Source: a virus
Direction: 5' to 3' (one strand)
Virus record (IMG/VR): IMGVR_UViG_3300036820_000004
Location: 1-64,000 of that record
DNA: 64,000 nucleotides
The notes beneath the pieces were generated by a model. That model was not told the origin of the DNA. It did no database searches and saw only the letters and a program-made list of their open reading frames with translations. Below, piece by piece: positions 29,150 through 39,037 of the stretch (position 1 is the first letter of the stretch; each line of letters starts with the position of its first letter). Made by a program: the position numbers and the translations under genes.

Positions 29150-29489
29150 GCGGCCGATGCTACCCCGGGCCTTGCCGCGAGTACCCGGGAGTACTCGCGA
29201 GCGGCGGCCGGGAAACCACGCTGGTTCCCCGGCCGCCGTGCTCGCATCCCCGCCGAAGCACCTGATGCGGATGGGAAGACGGGGACATTTCCCAGGGTCA
29301 CCCCTGGTGAAGGGAAGAGTCAACCCTGGGAGTGCCCCGGGGATACCACGGCCAGCCGCAGGCCTGCCGTCGGCGGCTGACCAACTCAAGGCCCCCGAGT
29401 CCCAGGGCAACAAGGGAGAAACCCGCAGCGAGGAAGGGGGATCGTCGTCATGTTCCCAGTCTGCCCCGTGGCGGCGGTCACGCCGGCTG

Positions 29490-29852
29490 TCAGCCCTGAC
29501 CCCCCGCGCAGATCTGGCCGATCTTTCTCGTCGCCTGGTTTATCGCTCCCACATCCGGAGGGGTGGCTGCCCAGGCCGCGGCGAAGTCCTGGAACTGGGC
29601 TAGCAGTGCCGGGGTAGCACCAGACTCCTGGGAGGCCAGCCAGGTCTGGGTATCTTCCCCCGCGTCGGCCGCGGGAACGCCTGTTGTCGTGGCTTCCCGG
29701 AACGCGGCGCACGCCTGGGAGTTGTCGTACACGAGCGCTGCCGGGGAGGGCAAGGAAGCGTGCGAGGGGGAAGGCGCCGGGGACGGGGAACCGCCGCAGG
29801 CGGCCAGGGTCGCGGACGCGGCGAGGATGAGGGGGGCTAAGGCGATCTTCAT
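29490..29852 (-). CDS. lipoprotein
   Basis: Signal peptide with LAAC lipobox. Confidence 0.7.
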   Translation of the reverse strand: MKIALAPLILAASATLAACGGSPSPAPSPSHASLPSPAALVYDNSQACAAFREATTTGVPAADAGEDTQTWLASQESGATPALLAQFQDFAAAWAATPPDVGAINQATRKIGQICAGGQG

Positions 29853-29894
29853 GCTCAATGGACGCGGACGGGGTGCAGGCGGAGTACAAGTGCC

Positions 29895-30773
29895 CTAGTT
29901 CCGGGCGATGGCCTCGCCCAGGTCCCGGATGAACGCCGCCGCCTGGTCCCGGTTGAGCGCTGACCGGCGCAGCAGGTCCAGTTCCTCCCGGTAGGGCTGG
30001 ACTTGCTTGGCGTCCAGGAACTCCAGGTAGTCGTGCTGGGTTTCCATCGCCGCGATGGCTTCCCCGTCGTCCCGGTCGTCGTACAGGGTGAACTCCCCCA
30101 GCGGCGGGGTGTGCATGTCCGCGTCCGAGGGGATCACGTACAGGGCCACGCCGGGCAGGCTCGCCACGGTTACGAGCCGGTCCATCTGCGGCACGAGGAA
30201 GTCCCGCGGCCCGGACCGCCACCGCAGCGCCGCCTCGGTGAGCACGAACTCGATCCGGCGCCCCGGCTCGTACAAGACCTGCTGGCGGGTCATCCGGGCG
30301 GCCACGGCAGCGGCCACTTCACCCGGCTGGAGAAACAGCGAGTAGAGCCGCCGTGCGTACTCCGGGGTCTGCAGCAGCCCGGTCAGGTAGCAGGGACAGA
30401 AACTGCCGATGTACCGGGACGGGAGTTCGAGCCTGCGGTAGATGTCGTCCTGGATGCCCGCAGCCCCCGCACTGGCGCGCCATTCGGCGATGGGCACAGC
30501 CTCGGTGAGCGCCTGCTCGGCGAGCCACTCCAGCCGCCCGCCGTCGGCGACCTCGGAGCCGGCTGCGCCGTTGACCGCAGCGGCCCACGCCCGCACGTCC
30601 GCCACCGAGACCGGCCGGTCACCTGACTCGACCCGCGACAGTACCGCCGCGTTCATTCCGAGCGTGCGGGCGAGGGAACTAGCGCGGAGGCTGGCACGGA
30701 GCCGTGCCCGCTTCAGCTCGGCGCCCAGTGCGGCGCGCCGGGCCTTGCGGGACGGTTCCACTTTCGGGGTCAT
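29895..30773 (-). CDS. XRE-HTH + DUF5753 regulator (WhiJ-like)
   Basis: LGAELKRAR..LSRVESG; GLLQTPEYAR; RMTRQQVL; EAALR. Confidence 0.85.
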   Translation of the reverse strand: MTPKVEPSRKARRAALGAELKRARLRASLRASSLARTLGMNAAVLSRVESGDRPVSVADVRAWAAAVNGAAGSEVADGGRLEWLAEQALTEAVPIAEWRASAGAAGIQDDIYRRLELPSRYIGSFCPCYLTGLLQTPEYARRLYSLFLQPGEVAAAVAARMTRQQVLYEPGRRIEFVLTEAALRWRSGPRDFLVPQMDRLVTVASLPGVALYVIPSDADMHTPPLGEFTLYDDRDDGEAIAAMETQHDYLEFLDAKQVQPYREELDLLRRSALNRDQAAAFIRDLGEAIARN

Positions 30774-31333
30774 GCCGCAGCAACGCCTTTGGCCTGCGCG
30801 GCCACGTACTCGTTGAGCGGCACCGCGTGGCTGAGCGCGGCGCGCCACATCTTCCGGCACCACGCCGCGTCGGTGGCCGTGGCCTCGTGCGCGCCCTCGA
30901 ACCGGCCGTCGTGGTCGTAGTCGAGCAGCACCACGCGCTCATCCTCGGTGCCGAGATCGAAGCCCCAGAAGTCGCGTGACACCTGCTCCAGGTCCCGCTC
31001 GGCCCGCGGGGTGCCGCCCCGGCGGACGGCGATGAGGGTGTGCTCGCCCGCCGCGGCGTTCTCGGCGTACCCGGCCAGTTCCCAGCGGATGTAGTCGCTG
31101 AGGGGATGGTCGGCGACGCGTACCCGCATCCGTTCCCGTCCGGCGAGGACATCACCCGCGATCTCGCGCAGGTACTCGTCGGTGCGCAGCGACCGCTCTG
31201 GCCTTGGTGCTCCCCGTTTCCACGCGGCGATGGCCTCGGCCTCCCCGGGCACGGTGTACGCGGGGAGGGTTTCGAGGCGGGCGGCGAGGATGCGGTAGGT
31301 GGCGAAGCAGTCGTCAAGGATGTCGCCGGTCAA
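30770..31333 (-). CDS. DUF6879-like protein
   Basis: RLETLPAY, R.RV..PLSDYIRWEL..Y..N..AGE, DFWGFD; TTG start coupled. Confidence 0.7.
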   Translation of the reverse strand: MTGDILDDCFATYRILAARLETLPAYTVPGEAEAIAAWKRGAPRPERSLRTDEYLREIAGDVLAGRERMRVRVADHPLSDYIRWELAGYAENAAAGEHTLIAVRRGGTPRAERDLEQVSRDFWGFDLGTEDERVVLLDYDHDGRFEGAHEATATDAAWCRKMWRAALSHAVPLNEYVAAQAKGVAAA

Positions 31334-31554
31334 CGCTGCGCGGATGCCCAGGCGTCGAGGAGGCTGCGGGGCACGAACACGATCCCCTCGCGGCCCGGCA
31401 TGTCCCCGGCCTGCGCCATCTCGCCGGCCTGCGGCAGGTCGCCCTGGATCCCGACCATCTGCGGATCGGTCGTGTCCCAGACGGCCGGGCAGTCCTTGCC
31501 CTGGCAGTCGCCGGCGGCTTTCCTGGTGATCTGCGGCATGGGGTCCTCCGTCAT
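31330..31554 (-). CDS. small CxxxxCP protein, usual partner of DUF6879
   Basis: DCQGKDCPAVW..IQG..EGIVFVP. Confidence 0.65.
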   Translation of the reverse strand: MTEDPMPQITRKAAGDCQGKDCPAVWDTTDPQMVGIQGDLPQAGEMAQAGDMPGREGIVFVPRSLLDAWASAQR

Positions 31555-31650
31555 TGTTGCCCGGTGTTGCCGTGTACCCCATGCTCGTGCCCTCTGCTGC
31601 GGTCGTCAACCACGTGTAGCCGCTGGTCAGCATACATTCTCGTGCCGAGT

Positions 31651-31689
31651 CTTGACAAGAGTTGCCGAGTAGCTCAGTATGTTGTCAAG
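31651..31689. promoter_or_regulatory. divergent promoter region with inverted TTGACA boxes
   Basis: CTTGACAA (31651) ... TTGTCAAG (31682) at the strand switch. Confidence 0.55.
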
Positions 31690-31724
31690 CAAGGAACACA
31701 AGAACTTTGGCCGGAGGAGAACTG

Positions 31725-31907
31725 GTGGCGGAGACGGAGACCCTGACCACTGACGTGGCCAGGACAGTCAAGAAGCGCCTGAAGGTCTACTCGGCCGCCA
31801 CCGGCCTGACGATCAGGTTCATCGTCAACAGCCTCCTCGACGAGAAGCTGCCGCCACTGCCCGGTCTCCCCGCTGGCCGTCTGCGCGAAAGCGAGGCCAC
31901 GACATGA
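31725..31907 (+). CDS. ribbon-helix-helix-like small regulator
   Basis: GGAGGAG RBS; TLTTDV-ARTVKKRLKVYSAATGLTIRFIVNSLL. Confidence 0.6.
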   Translation: MAETETLTTDVARTVKKRLKVYSAATGLTIRFIVNSLLDEKLPPLPGLPAGRLRESEATT

Positions 31908-32025
31908 CCGCCCGCACCATCACGCGCCCGCACCGGGCCGTGCGCCACTGGCTGCAGGGCCGCCGCCCCTGGTGGTGGCCGTCGTCCTGGCAGGCCCGTT
32001 CCCTCACTCTCGCCGGGGGGCTGGC

Positions 32026-32178
32026 ATGATCGCCGTTCTCGCTGCCGCGCATGTCTGCGGGCAGGGCTGCCAGTCGGTGAACGACTTCCGCAAGGCCGGC
32101 CCGCTCGGGGCCATCGAGGGCGTCGCGATCCTGCTCATCTTGTACGGCGTGACCTTCGGCCGGAAGCGGAGGTCGTGA
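32026..32178 (+). CDS. small membrane protein
   Basis: TM followed by basic tail. Confidence 0.45.
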   Translation: MIAVLAAAHVCGQGCQSVNDFRKAGPLGAIEGVAILLILYGVTFGRKRRS

Positions 32179-32420
32179 TGGGCGGACTGACAGCGGTGTG
32201 CCTGGACTGCGGCCGGCCGTACTTTCTCGCCGAAGGCCATGCCTGCACAAGTCCCGCCGGGGCCAGCGCAACGGGTGGCCGCGCGCTGGTCCCGGCGGCC
32301 AGCCTCCCGGATGGCACCGCGCATCCTGGCCCGTTCCTCGCGGAGCGCGGCTGGATAGTCATCGGCGGTATTTACCGCCGTGCCACGGGTCCCGGCGATG
32401 GCGAGGAGGCCGTAGCGTGA
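32175..32420 (+). CDS. small Zn-finger-like protein
   Basis: CLDCG...GHAC; coupled. Confidence 0.45.
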   Translation: MMGGLTAVCLDCGRPYFLAEGHACTSPAGASATGGRALVPAASLPDGTAHPGPFLAERGWIVIGGIYRRATGPGDGEEAVA

Positions 32421-32517
32421 ACATCCTCGCCATCGCGTTCCTGGTCGTGTTTGTCCTGTCGGCGCTGGGTTTCCTGCGCGTCCGCCAAGTCACGCGCCGG
32501 GTCAGCAGGGGGCACTG

Positions 32518-33012
32518 GTGAAGGGGCGTGCCTTCGTGGTCTCGGCCGCTATCGGCGGCCTGGTCCTGGCTGGCTACAGCAGGCAGGGCAGTACCGCGAC
32601 GGGCGCAGTCGAGCCCCAGTCTCTTGCTGCCATCCCGGTCGGCGGTTCCTACACCCCCGCATCGTGGGCGTCAGCGTTCCTCGGCGTGATCGGCGAGCCG
32701 GATACCTCATGCAATCAGGCTGCGGTTGAGGCGTGGGCGGCCGCCGAGGGTGGTGCGTGGGGCGGCGACGGGGCGACCGCGAATCCCTTGAATACGACCC
32801 AGCCCGAGTCCGGTGACTGGTCGATCAACCCGGTCGGTGTCAAGGCGTACCCGTCGTGGCAGGAGGGCCTGCAAGCTAATGCCACGGCCATCACCAATGG
32901 TTTGTATGGCGGGGTTCTCGCAGCGCTGAGGGCCGGGAACAACGCTCAGGCGGTGGCCGATGCCGTCAGCGCCTCCCCCTGGGGCACGTCCAGTTTCGAG
33001 GTGAGCTGCTAA
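32518..33012 (+). CDS. secreted lysozyme-like / cell-wall hydrolase
   Basis: Signal peptide; AWAAAEGG, NPLNTT, GVKAYPSW..G..A, SPWGT motifs. Confidence 0.65.
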   Translation: MKGRAFVVSAAIGGLVLAGYSRQGSTATGAVEPQSLAAIPVGGSYTPASWASAFLGVIGEPDTSCNQAAVEAWAAAEGGAWGGDGATANPLNTTQPESGDWSINPVGVKAYPSWQEGLQANATAITNGLYGGVLAALRAGNNAQAVADAVSASPWGTSSFEVSC

Positions 33013-33191
33013 TGAGCATCCTCGGTGCCGCGCCGCTGATCGCAGGCCGGCCGCCGCTCCTGGTGCTCGGCTGCGGGGTCGCCGCCCTGGTGAGCACCCT
33101 GGCCTTGTTCTCCCGGGACACCGGTCCCGGCCGCCATGTCCTGGCGGTTGCCCTGATCGGCGCCGCTGTCATCGTCTTCGCCCTCTCGTAA
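33012..33191 (+). CDS. small 2-TM protein
   Basis: TAATG coupling; MSILGAAPLIAG... 59 aa (below ORF-track cutoff). Confidence 0.5.
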   Translation: MSILGAAPLIAGRPPLLVLGCGVAALVSTLALFSRDTGPGRHVLAVALIGAAVIVFALS

Positions 33192-33215
33192 CCCGTCACC
33201 GAAAGGAAACCCGCA

Positions 33216-33410
33216 ATGCCGAACCACATCATCGCAGCCGGGCTGAACAACCCGGCCAGCAACTGGCTGAGCCAGTGGAAGGGCGGCTGGGACTCAACTC
33301 CGTCGACCTCCGTGGCGTCTGGCAGCACCAGCCACACCGGCCTGATCATGCTCGTCCTGATCATGCTCGTCGTCGCAGTCTTGGCCGGCCTGAAGAAGAT
33401 CGCGAGCTAG
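33216..33410 (+). CDS. small membrane protein
   Basis: AAGGA RBS; C-terminal TM. Confidence 0.55.
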   Translation: MPNHIIAAGLNNPASNWLSQWKGGWDSTPSTSVASGSTSHTGLIMLVLIMLVVAVLAGLKKIAS

Positions 33411-33423
33411 GAGCACCCCTGTC

Positions 33424-34023
33424 ATGAGCCTGCTCACCCTGCGCCTGCGGGAAGACCGCGGCGAAGAAGAGGCCCCGCAGCCGGTCCCGGTCACGGTGGC
33501 TGAGCCGGAGGCTGCCGTGGCGTCCCCGGACGGAGAGGTGAGCAAGCACATGCCGTTGTTCGCCGTGATCCGCCACACTTTCCGGGTCGCCCGCCGCCGC
33601 GCGAAGGACATCTCGGACCGCGAGGGCGGGTGGGTTAACGGCGCCCTCGCGGGCAAGCCGCCGTCGGTCAACGAGCAGCGGGATTACCGGGCGAACCGCA
33701 GGTGGCTTGAGCCGGGCCACGAGAACGGCATCGCCGACAGGTTCGGCGACGGCTACCACGTGGCGATCGGGATCCCGGGCGTTGCAGTCGGCGACTTCGT
33801 GTCGTGGCTGTTCGCCCGGCCGTTCCGGTTCATCTGGGGCGTGATCATCTTCACGGTCCTGAGCCTGTTCGTGCTCGAGGTCACGCGGTCGCTGACCGGG
33901 CTGACGGCCCGGGGCAGCGTCCTGGCTGCCGTGCTGCCCGCGCTGCTGGTCACCGGTTACTGGGGCGTGGTCACAGGCCTGCTGGCCTTGCGGCGCTTCA
34001 TCGGGCAGCGGGGGGCCGAGTAG
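33424..34023 (+). CDS. multi-TM membrane protein
   Basis: AGGAG RBS; three hydrophobic helices. Confidence 0.65.
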   Translation: MSLLTLRLREDRGEEEAPQPVPVTVAEPEAAVASPDGEVSKHMPLFAVIRHTFRVARRRAKDISDREGGWVNGALAGKPPSVNEQRDYRANRRWLEPGHENGIADRFGDGYHVAIGIPGVAVGDFVSWLFARPFRFIWGVIIFTVLSLFVLEVTRSLTGLTARGSVLAAVLPALLVTGYWGVVTGLLALRRFIGQRGAE

Positions 34024-34188
34024 TGACCTATCTCGCCCCCGAGTTCCTCGTCTGCGTAGTCGTGGGAGCAATCGTCCTGACCGGAAGGCGCGGCAGCGCG
34101 TGGCGAGCACTATGTGTCCTCCTCGTCATCGCCGATGTCTTCTGGGCCGTGCATTCCATCGCGGCTCACCACTGAGAGAAGGAAGATC

Positions 34189-34908
34189 ATGAAGGGACTC
34201 GCCGGCGACCCGCTGGCCTGGTCGCTGCTGACCGGGGCTTTCGGCTTCCTGCTGTGGGCCTACGAGCACCACTTCCAGCGGTTCACCCTGTGGCTGTTCG
34301 CCGCGTCGGCGGCGTTCGCGGTCGCGGGCATCCCCAGCTGGAGGGATGCGCTGGCCGGGCTGACCATCACGGGGGGCGGCCTGACTGTCCTCGGTGTGCT
34401 GGTCATGGTGTTCGGGCCCGCGTTCCACTTCTCGGCGGTCCGTTCCGCGAAAGGTACCCGGCTGAGCCGCATTCTGAAGGGGAAGGGCAAGGGGAAGGAC
34501 AAAGGCCAGCCGGGTACCGCGCTGGCCCTGATGGGCAGCAGCGCACCTAAGCGCAACCGCTACCACCGCACGTTCTCCCCCGCTGTGGCGCTGGTCGCCG
34601 GAACCCTGTTCGCGGTCGTGCTCGGCGGATGGCGGCTGATGGCCGCCGCTGCGGGCAAGTCCCTCGCAGGTGCCGGGGCGGACATGCTCCAGTCCTCGGC
34701 GAAGATCAGCAATGGCACGGCAGCCAAGGGCGTTCCCGCTAGCCACCGGCCGGAACTCCTGCTCATCGGCGTTGTCGTGCTGATCGTCTTCTTCTTCATC
34801 CTGCGTGCGATCGAGAAGGCCAAGCGCGGCGCCCAGAACAAGAACCAGCGCGGCGGCGGCGCCCCTCGTGGTGCCATACGCGCCCAGATCGCCGGGAGGA
34901 ACGGGTAA
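34189..34908 (+). CDS. multi-TM membrane protein
   Basis: AAGGAAG RBS; about five TM segments; abuts FtsK. Confidence 0.65.
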   Translation: MKGLAGDPLAWSLLTGAFGFLLWAYEHHFQRFTLWLFAASAAFAVAGIPSWRDALAGLTITGGGLTVLGVLVMVFGPAFHFSAVRSAKGTRLSRILKGKGKGKDKGQPGTALALMGSSAPKRNRYHRTFSPAVALVAGTLFAVVLGGWRLMAAAAGKSLAGAGADMLQSSAKISNGTAAKGVPASHRPELLLIGVVVLIVFFFILRAIEKAKRGAQNKNQRGGGAPRGAIRAQIAGRNG

Positions 34909-36900
34909 ATGACCGCGCCCCAGCCCGCCGAGGAAGCCCGCGCCTTCTGGACCCGTCACCACAACCTCCTGGTGCCGGTCATCTGGATGGCCCTGGCCGA
35001 CCTGACCGCGCTCGCCGCCTACTACTGGGCGACTGGCGGCCGGGCGCTCCTGGTGTGGCTGGCGGCCATGATCATCGTCGCCGTCCGCTCGGAGTGGCGC
35101 CGAAGGGACGCCCGCGAAGGCCACGACCGCGCTCGCCTCTCACTCCTCCTCGGCGCGCTCTGGCTCCTGCTCGCCTGCGTCGCCGGCCCGTCCGCCCTGG
35201 ACGGCGCCCTGCAAGTCCTGCTGATCGGCGGGGGCACCATACTGGCCGCGCCGCACCTGCACGGCAGCAAGATCCGCCCGGCCGGGCACCGTACCCTGCG
35301 TGCCCGCCTCGCCCGCGACACCCGGCCCGGGGCGACACAGGGGCGTGCCCCGGACCTGGACGTCACCGACGCCAGGCCCTATGAGACCCCTGTCGTCACT
35401 GGCGAGGTCGTCAAGGACAAGCCCGGCGATGTTTACACGCCGCCCGGTGCCAGCGTCCTGCAGTCCGGGCCCGCACCGCAGAAGCGCACCAGGGCGGGGG
35501 ATGACATCGCCGCCGCGTTCAACGAAGTGCTCGGGCAGTTCAATGTGAACGCCGCTGTCACCCGCCAGGTCCGCGGCCCGGCCGTGACCCGGTACGAGAT
35601 CGAACTGGGCCCCGGCGTCCGCGTGGAACGGGTCACGAACCTGGTCAAGAACTTCGGCTACGCCGCCAAGACCGGCAACGTGCGGATCCTCGCCCCGGTC
35701 GAAGGCCAGTCCGCTGTCGGCGTCGAAGTGCCCAACGCGGACCGGGAAGTGGTCCGCCTCGGCGACGTGCTCCGCTCCCCGGCCGCGCTCGCCGACAACC
35801 ATCCGCTGCTAGCCGGGCTGGGTAAGAGCGTCGAAGGCGAGTTCGTGCTGGCCAACCTCGCGAAGATGCCGCACCTGCTCATGGCCGGGGCGACTGGCTC
35901 GGGTAAGAGCTCGGAACTGAATGCCCTGATCGTGTCCGTCTTGTCGCGGGCCACCCCGGACCAGGTGCGGATGATCCTGATCGACCCCAAGCGCGTCGAA
36001 CTGGCCGCCTACGCGACGATCCCGCATCTGCTGACCCCGATCATTACCGAGCCGGTGAAGGCCGCCGAGGCGCTCCAGTGGGTGGTGGGCGAGATGGGCC
36101 GCCGCTACGACGACCTCGCCTATGCCGGGCTCAAGCACATCGACGACTTCAACCTGAACGCCGCCGCCGGGAAGGTCATCCGCGACGGGCAGGTCCTGGA
36201 GCCGTATCACTACCTGCTGATCATCGTGGACGAACTGGCCGACCTGATGATGGTGGCCCCGCGCGACGTGGAGGACTCCGTCGTGCGGATCACCCAGCTG
36301 GCCCGCGCGGCTGGTATCCACCTGGTGCTGGCGACGCAGCGGCCGTCCGTGGACGTGGTGACGGGGCTGATCAAGGCCAACGTCCCGTCGCGGCTGGCGT
36401 TCGAGACGGCGTCGCTGACCGATTCGCGGGTGATCCTGGACCAGCCGGGCGCGGAGAAACTCACCGGCCAGGGCGACGCCTTGTTCCTGCCGGCGGGCAC
36501 GTCACGGCCGGTGCGGTTGCAGGGGGCGTTTGTCAGCGAGGCGGAGATCCGCGAGGTCGTGCGGCAGGTGAACGCGCAGAGCCCTGCTTACCGGGACGAG
36601 CCGCAGATGCAGCCCGCCCGTTCCGCCGGCGATGACACCGGCGGGGACGTGGACCTGCTGGAGAAGGCCGCGGAGATGGTGGTGTCCACGCAGTTCGGGT
36701 CGGTGTCGATGCTGCAGCGCAAACTGCGGCTCGGTTTCGCGAAGGCCGGGCGGCTGATGGACGTGCTCGAGGCGCGGGGGGTCGTGGGACCGGCTGACGG
36801 GTCGAAGGCCAGGGATGTCCTGGTCGCCCCTGCTGACCTTCCTGAGCTGCTGGAGCGCCTGCGGTATCCCGCGAGCGCTGAACTGGAGGATGCCCGATGA
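34909..36900 (+). CDS. ftsK: FtsK/SpoIIIE DNA translocase (TM + alpha/beta/gamma)
   Basis: [51 protein letters not shown], gamma domain [21 protein letters not shown]. Confidence 0.95.
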   Translation: MTAPQPAEEARAFWTRHHNLLVPVIWMALADLTALAAYYWATGGRALLVWLAAMIIVAVRSEWRRRDAREGHDRARLSLLLGALWLLLACVAGPSALDGALQVLLIGGGTILAAPHLHGSKIRPAGHRTLRARLARDTRPGATQGRAPDLDVTDARPYETPVVTGEVVKDKPGDVYTPPGASVLQSGPAPQKRTRAGDDIAAAFNEVLGQFNVNAAVTRQVRGPAVTRYEIELGPGVRVERVTNLVKNFGYAAKTGNVRILAPVEGQSAVGVEVPNADREVVRLGDVLRSPAALADNHPLLAGLGKSVEGEFVLANLAKMPHLLMAGATGSGKSSELNALIVSVLSRATPDQVRMILIDPKRVELAAYATIPHLLTPIITEPVKAAEALQWVVGEMGRRYDDLAYAGLKHIDDFNLNAAAGKVIRDGQVLEPYHYLLIIVDELADLMMVAPRDVEDSVVRITQLARAAGIHLVLATQRPSVDVVTGLIKANVPSRLAFETASLTDSRVILDQPGAEKLTGQGDALFLPAGTSRPVRLQGAFVSEAEIREVVRQVNAQSPAYRDEPQMQPARSAGDDTGGDVDLLEKAAEMVVSTQFGSVSMLQRKLRLGFAKAGRLMDVLEARGVVGPADGSKARDVLVAPADLPELLERLRYPASAELEDAR

Positions 36901-37054
36901 CCGCAGACCAGAGTTGGGGCGCCGCCAAGGCCGCAGTCGGTACCGCGCGCTGCCCGCACTGCCTGACGCTGCTGCTTGGAGCGTCCCTGCAGAACAGCCT
37001 GTACTGCGTGACCTGTGATGACCTGATCCACAAGACAGAGTGGGTGCTTGACGC

Positions 37055-37324
37055 ATGAGCGGCGAGAGTCAGCACCCCACCAGCCGCAAGGCGGTCGCCC
37101 TGACCGGCCTCGGCGTCCTCATCTGCGCTGCCGCGTGGATTCACAACCAGGGCCAGCACGCCCCCGCCGCAGTGCAGAAGCAGGTGGTCGTGGTCCACGA
37201 CACGGTAACCAAGGTCATCCAGCAGCACTCGGCGCTGACCAGCGGCGACAAGACAGCCATCGCCATTGTCGCTGTCGTTCTCGCGTTCGGTGTCCTGTGC
37301 GCGATCTTCATGAGGAGCAACTGA
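37055..37324 (+). CDS. 2-TM membrane protein
   Basis: Two hydrophobic helices; coupled. Confidence 0.6.
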   Translation: MSGESQHPTSRKAVALTGLGVLICAAAWIHNQGQHAPAAVQKQVVVVHDTVTKVIQQHSALTSGDKTAIAIVAVVLAFGVLCAIFMRSN

Positions 37325-37626
37325 TGGGCGTCCGTCTTGCTGCCGCTGGCCTGGCAGTCGCAGGCGTCGCTGCCGTGGCGACGAACATGGGCTACGGCCC
37401 GGTGGCCAGCAGCCACCTGTTCGCCCCGTCGCCGCAGATCACCTGTACCTCACCCGACCATCCCGTCATCGCCTGGTACCCGGATTCCGCGCCCCAGGTG
37501 CAGGACGGCTACGGCGGTGGCTCCAAGGATGTCTACCCGGGCGAGGTGAACGCCGTGCGCTGGCTGGGCTGGACCGGCATCGCCGGCTGCGGTGAGTCGC
37601 TCACCATCCACACCGGGGCGCGCTGA
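37324..37626 (+). CDS. secreted protein
   Basis: TGATG coupling; signal peptide. Confidence 0.55.
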   Translation: MGVRLAAAGLAVAGVAAVATNMGYGPVASSHLFAPSPQITCTSPDHPVIAWYPDSAPQVQDGYGGGSKDVYPGEVNAVRWLGWTGIAGCGESLTIHTGAR

Positions 37627-37931
37627 TGCGCGGCCGCCTGGAACGTGCCGAACGCCGCGCCTACCTGTACGAGGACGAGGCCCGCGGCCACCTGAAAGCC
37701 CGGGACGCGCGCATGGCCGTCAACGTCGTCGTCGCCCACCTGCAGAGCGCGCTGTCGAAGGAGATGCGTCACGGCAGCGAGCGCGGCCTGCGGGTGAGCG
37801 CGCTCGTGGCCGGGATCATCGAGCATCTGGCGAGGGCTGTCCCCGGCGCCGACGCGGGCGGTACTGGCCGCCCGGCCCTGGCCGAGCTGATGGACCTGTT
37901 CGATAAGGGGCTCGCTGATGGCGGCGCGTGA
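37626..37931 (+). CDS. hypothetical protein
   Basis: TGATG coupling. Confidence 0.55.
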   Translation: MRGRLERAERRAYLYEDEARGHLKARDARMAVNVVVAHLQSALSKEMRHGSERGLRVSALVAGIIEHLARAVPGADAGGTGRPALAELMDLFDKGLADGGA

Positions 37932-38118
37932 CCCCTCCCCTGCCGGCCGCCGGCCCCGGCGAGGTGACCCCCATACGTCCGTATGCGCGCATGCACATGC
38001 ACGTTGCGTGACACGCGTGCGTGATTGTACACCTTCCCCGGACCTTCCCCCGGTTTCCCCGCGCCGCTGACCTGCGTAAACACCTAAATCCCCCGACTTT
38101 CCCAGGAGACCCGAGAAG

Positions 38119-39033
38119 ATGAGCGTCATGACTGCCGGAAACCCCGCGCACCGGAAGAAGGCCGCAGGGAAGGGCGAGGGCACGGTGGCCGCCTGGGCTG
38201 TCCTGCTCGGCATGGGCGGTACCACCGTCACCTACAACATCTTCCACGCCGTTCACCACGGGCCGATGCCGAAGTCGCTGACCCTGGGCCTGGCGCTACT
38301 GTACGGCATCGCGCCCGTCTTCGCCGCGATGTGCCTGTCCCACCTTGTCGCCGTCCGCAAGGGCGACAAGGTTATGCAGAGGCTGGCGTTCGCAGTGATG
38401 CTGGGTGCGATGGCGCTGTCGATCGGCGCGGTCGGCGCGGTGGTCAAGCCGGTCGCCGGCCCGTACTTCTGCTGGGTGTTCGGCGCCGTTCTCGATGCGG
38501 CGGCGCTCCTCGCGCTGCGTATGATCCTCGGCGGATACCAGCGGAAGGCCGACGAGGCTACCGCGCTCGAGATCGCCGAGACTGCTGCCGCTGACGCGTG
38601 CCGGGAAGCCGGTACGGCTCGCCAGGAGGCAGCCGACGTGGCCGGTAAGGCGTCCGCACTTGAGACGGAACTGGCGGCCGTACGCGCTGCACTGGAGGCG
38701 GAACGAGCACGCCGGGTTCCGCCCCGGAAGCAGCGCCGCGGTTCCGGGCGCAAGGCGCCCGGAACCGGGACCCGGAACCGGGCGCCCGTGCCGCCCGGAA
38801 CTACCGCCCCGGAACCGGTGCCTGATATTGACGCCGAGATAAGGACCGACTTGCGGATCATGGAACTCGTCGCGGAGGGGCACAGTGCCTCGGAGGCGGG
38901 CATCCTGGCGGGCGCGAGCGACAGCTACGGGCGGCAGGTGGTCCGGATGGCGAAGGCCGCCAGGACCGAGCCTGCGGGCGATGAGCGCACCGACGGGGAT
39001 ATGGCCACGGGCGAGCAGCCCCGGGTCCAGTGA
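38119..39033 (+). CDS. Spd-like (DUF2637-like) 4-TM + coiled coil + C-terminal HTH protein
   Basis: Architecture as in Streptomyces plasmid spread proteins such as SpdB2; SASEAGILAGASDSYGRQVVR HTH. Confidence 0.6.
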   Translation: MSVMTAGNPAHRKKAAGKGEGTVAAWAVLLGMGGTTVTYNIFHAVHHGPMPKSLTLGLALLYGIAPVFAAMCLSHLVAVRKGDKVMQRLAFAVMLGAMALSIGAVGAVVKPVAGPYFCWVFGAVLDAAALLALRMILGGYQRKADEATALEIAETAAADACREAGTARQEAADVAGKASALETELAAVRAALEAERARRVPPRKQRRGSGRKAPGTGTRNRAPVPPGTTAPEPVPDIDAEIRTDLRIMELVAEGHSASEAGILAGASDSYGRQVVRMAKAARTEPAGDERTDGDMATGEQPRVQ

Positions 39034-39037
39034 GAGG

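Noticed and set aside
34909-36900. FtsK as host chromosomal gene
   Set aside because: No housekeeping neighbours; embedded among small phage/plasmid-type genes
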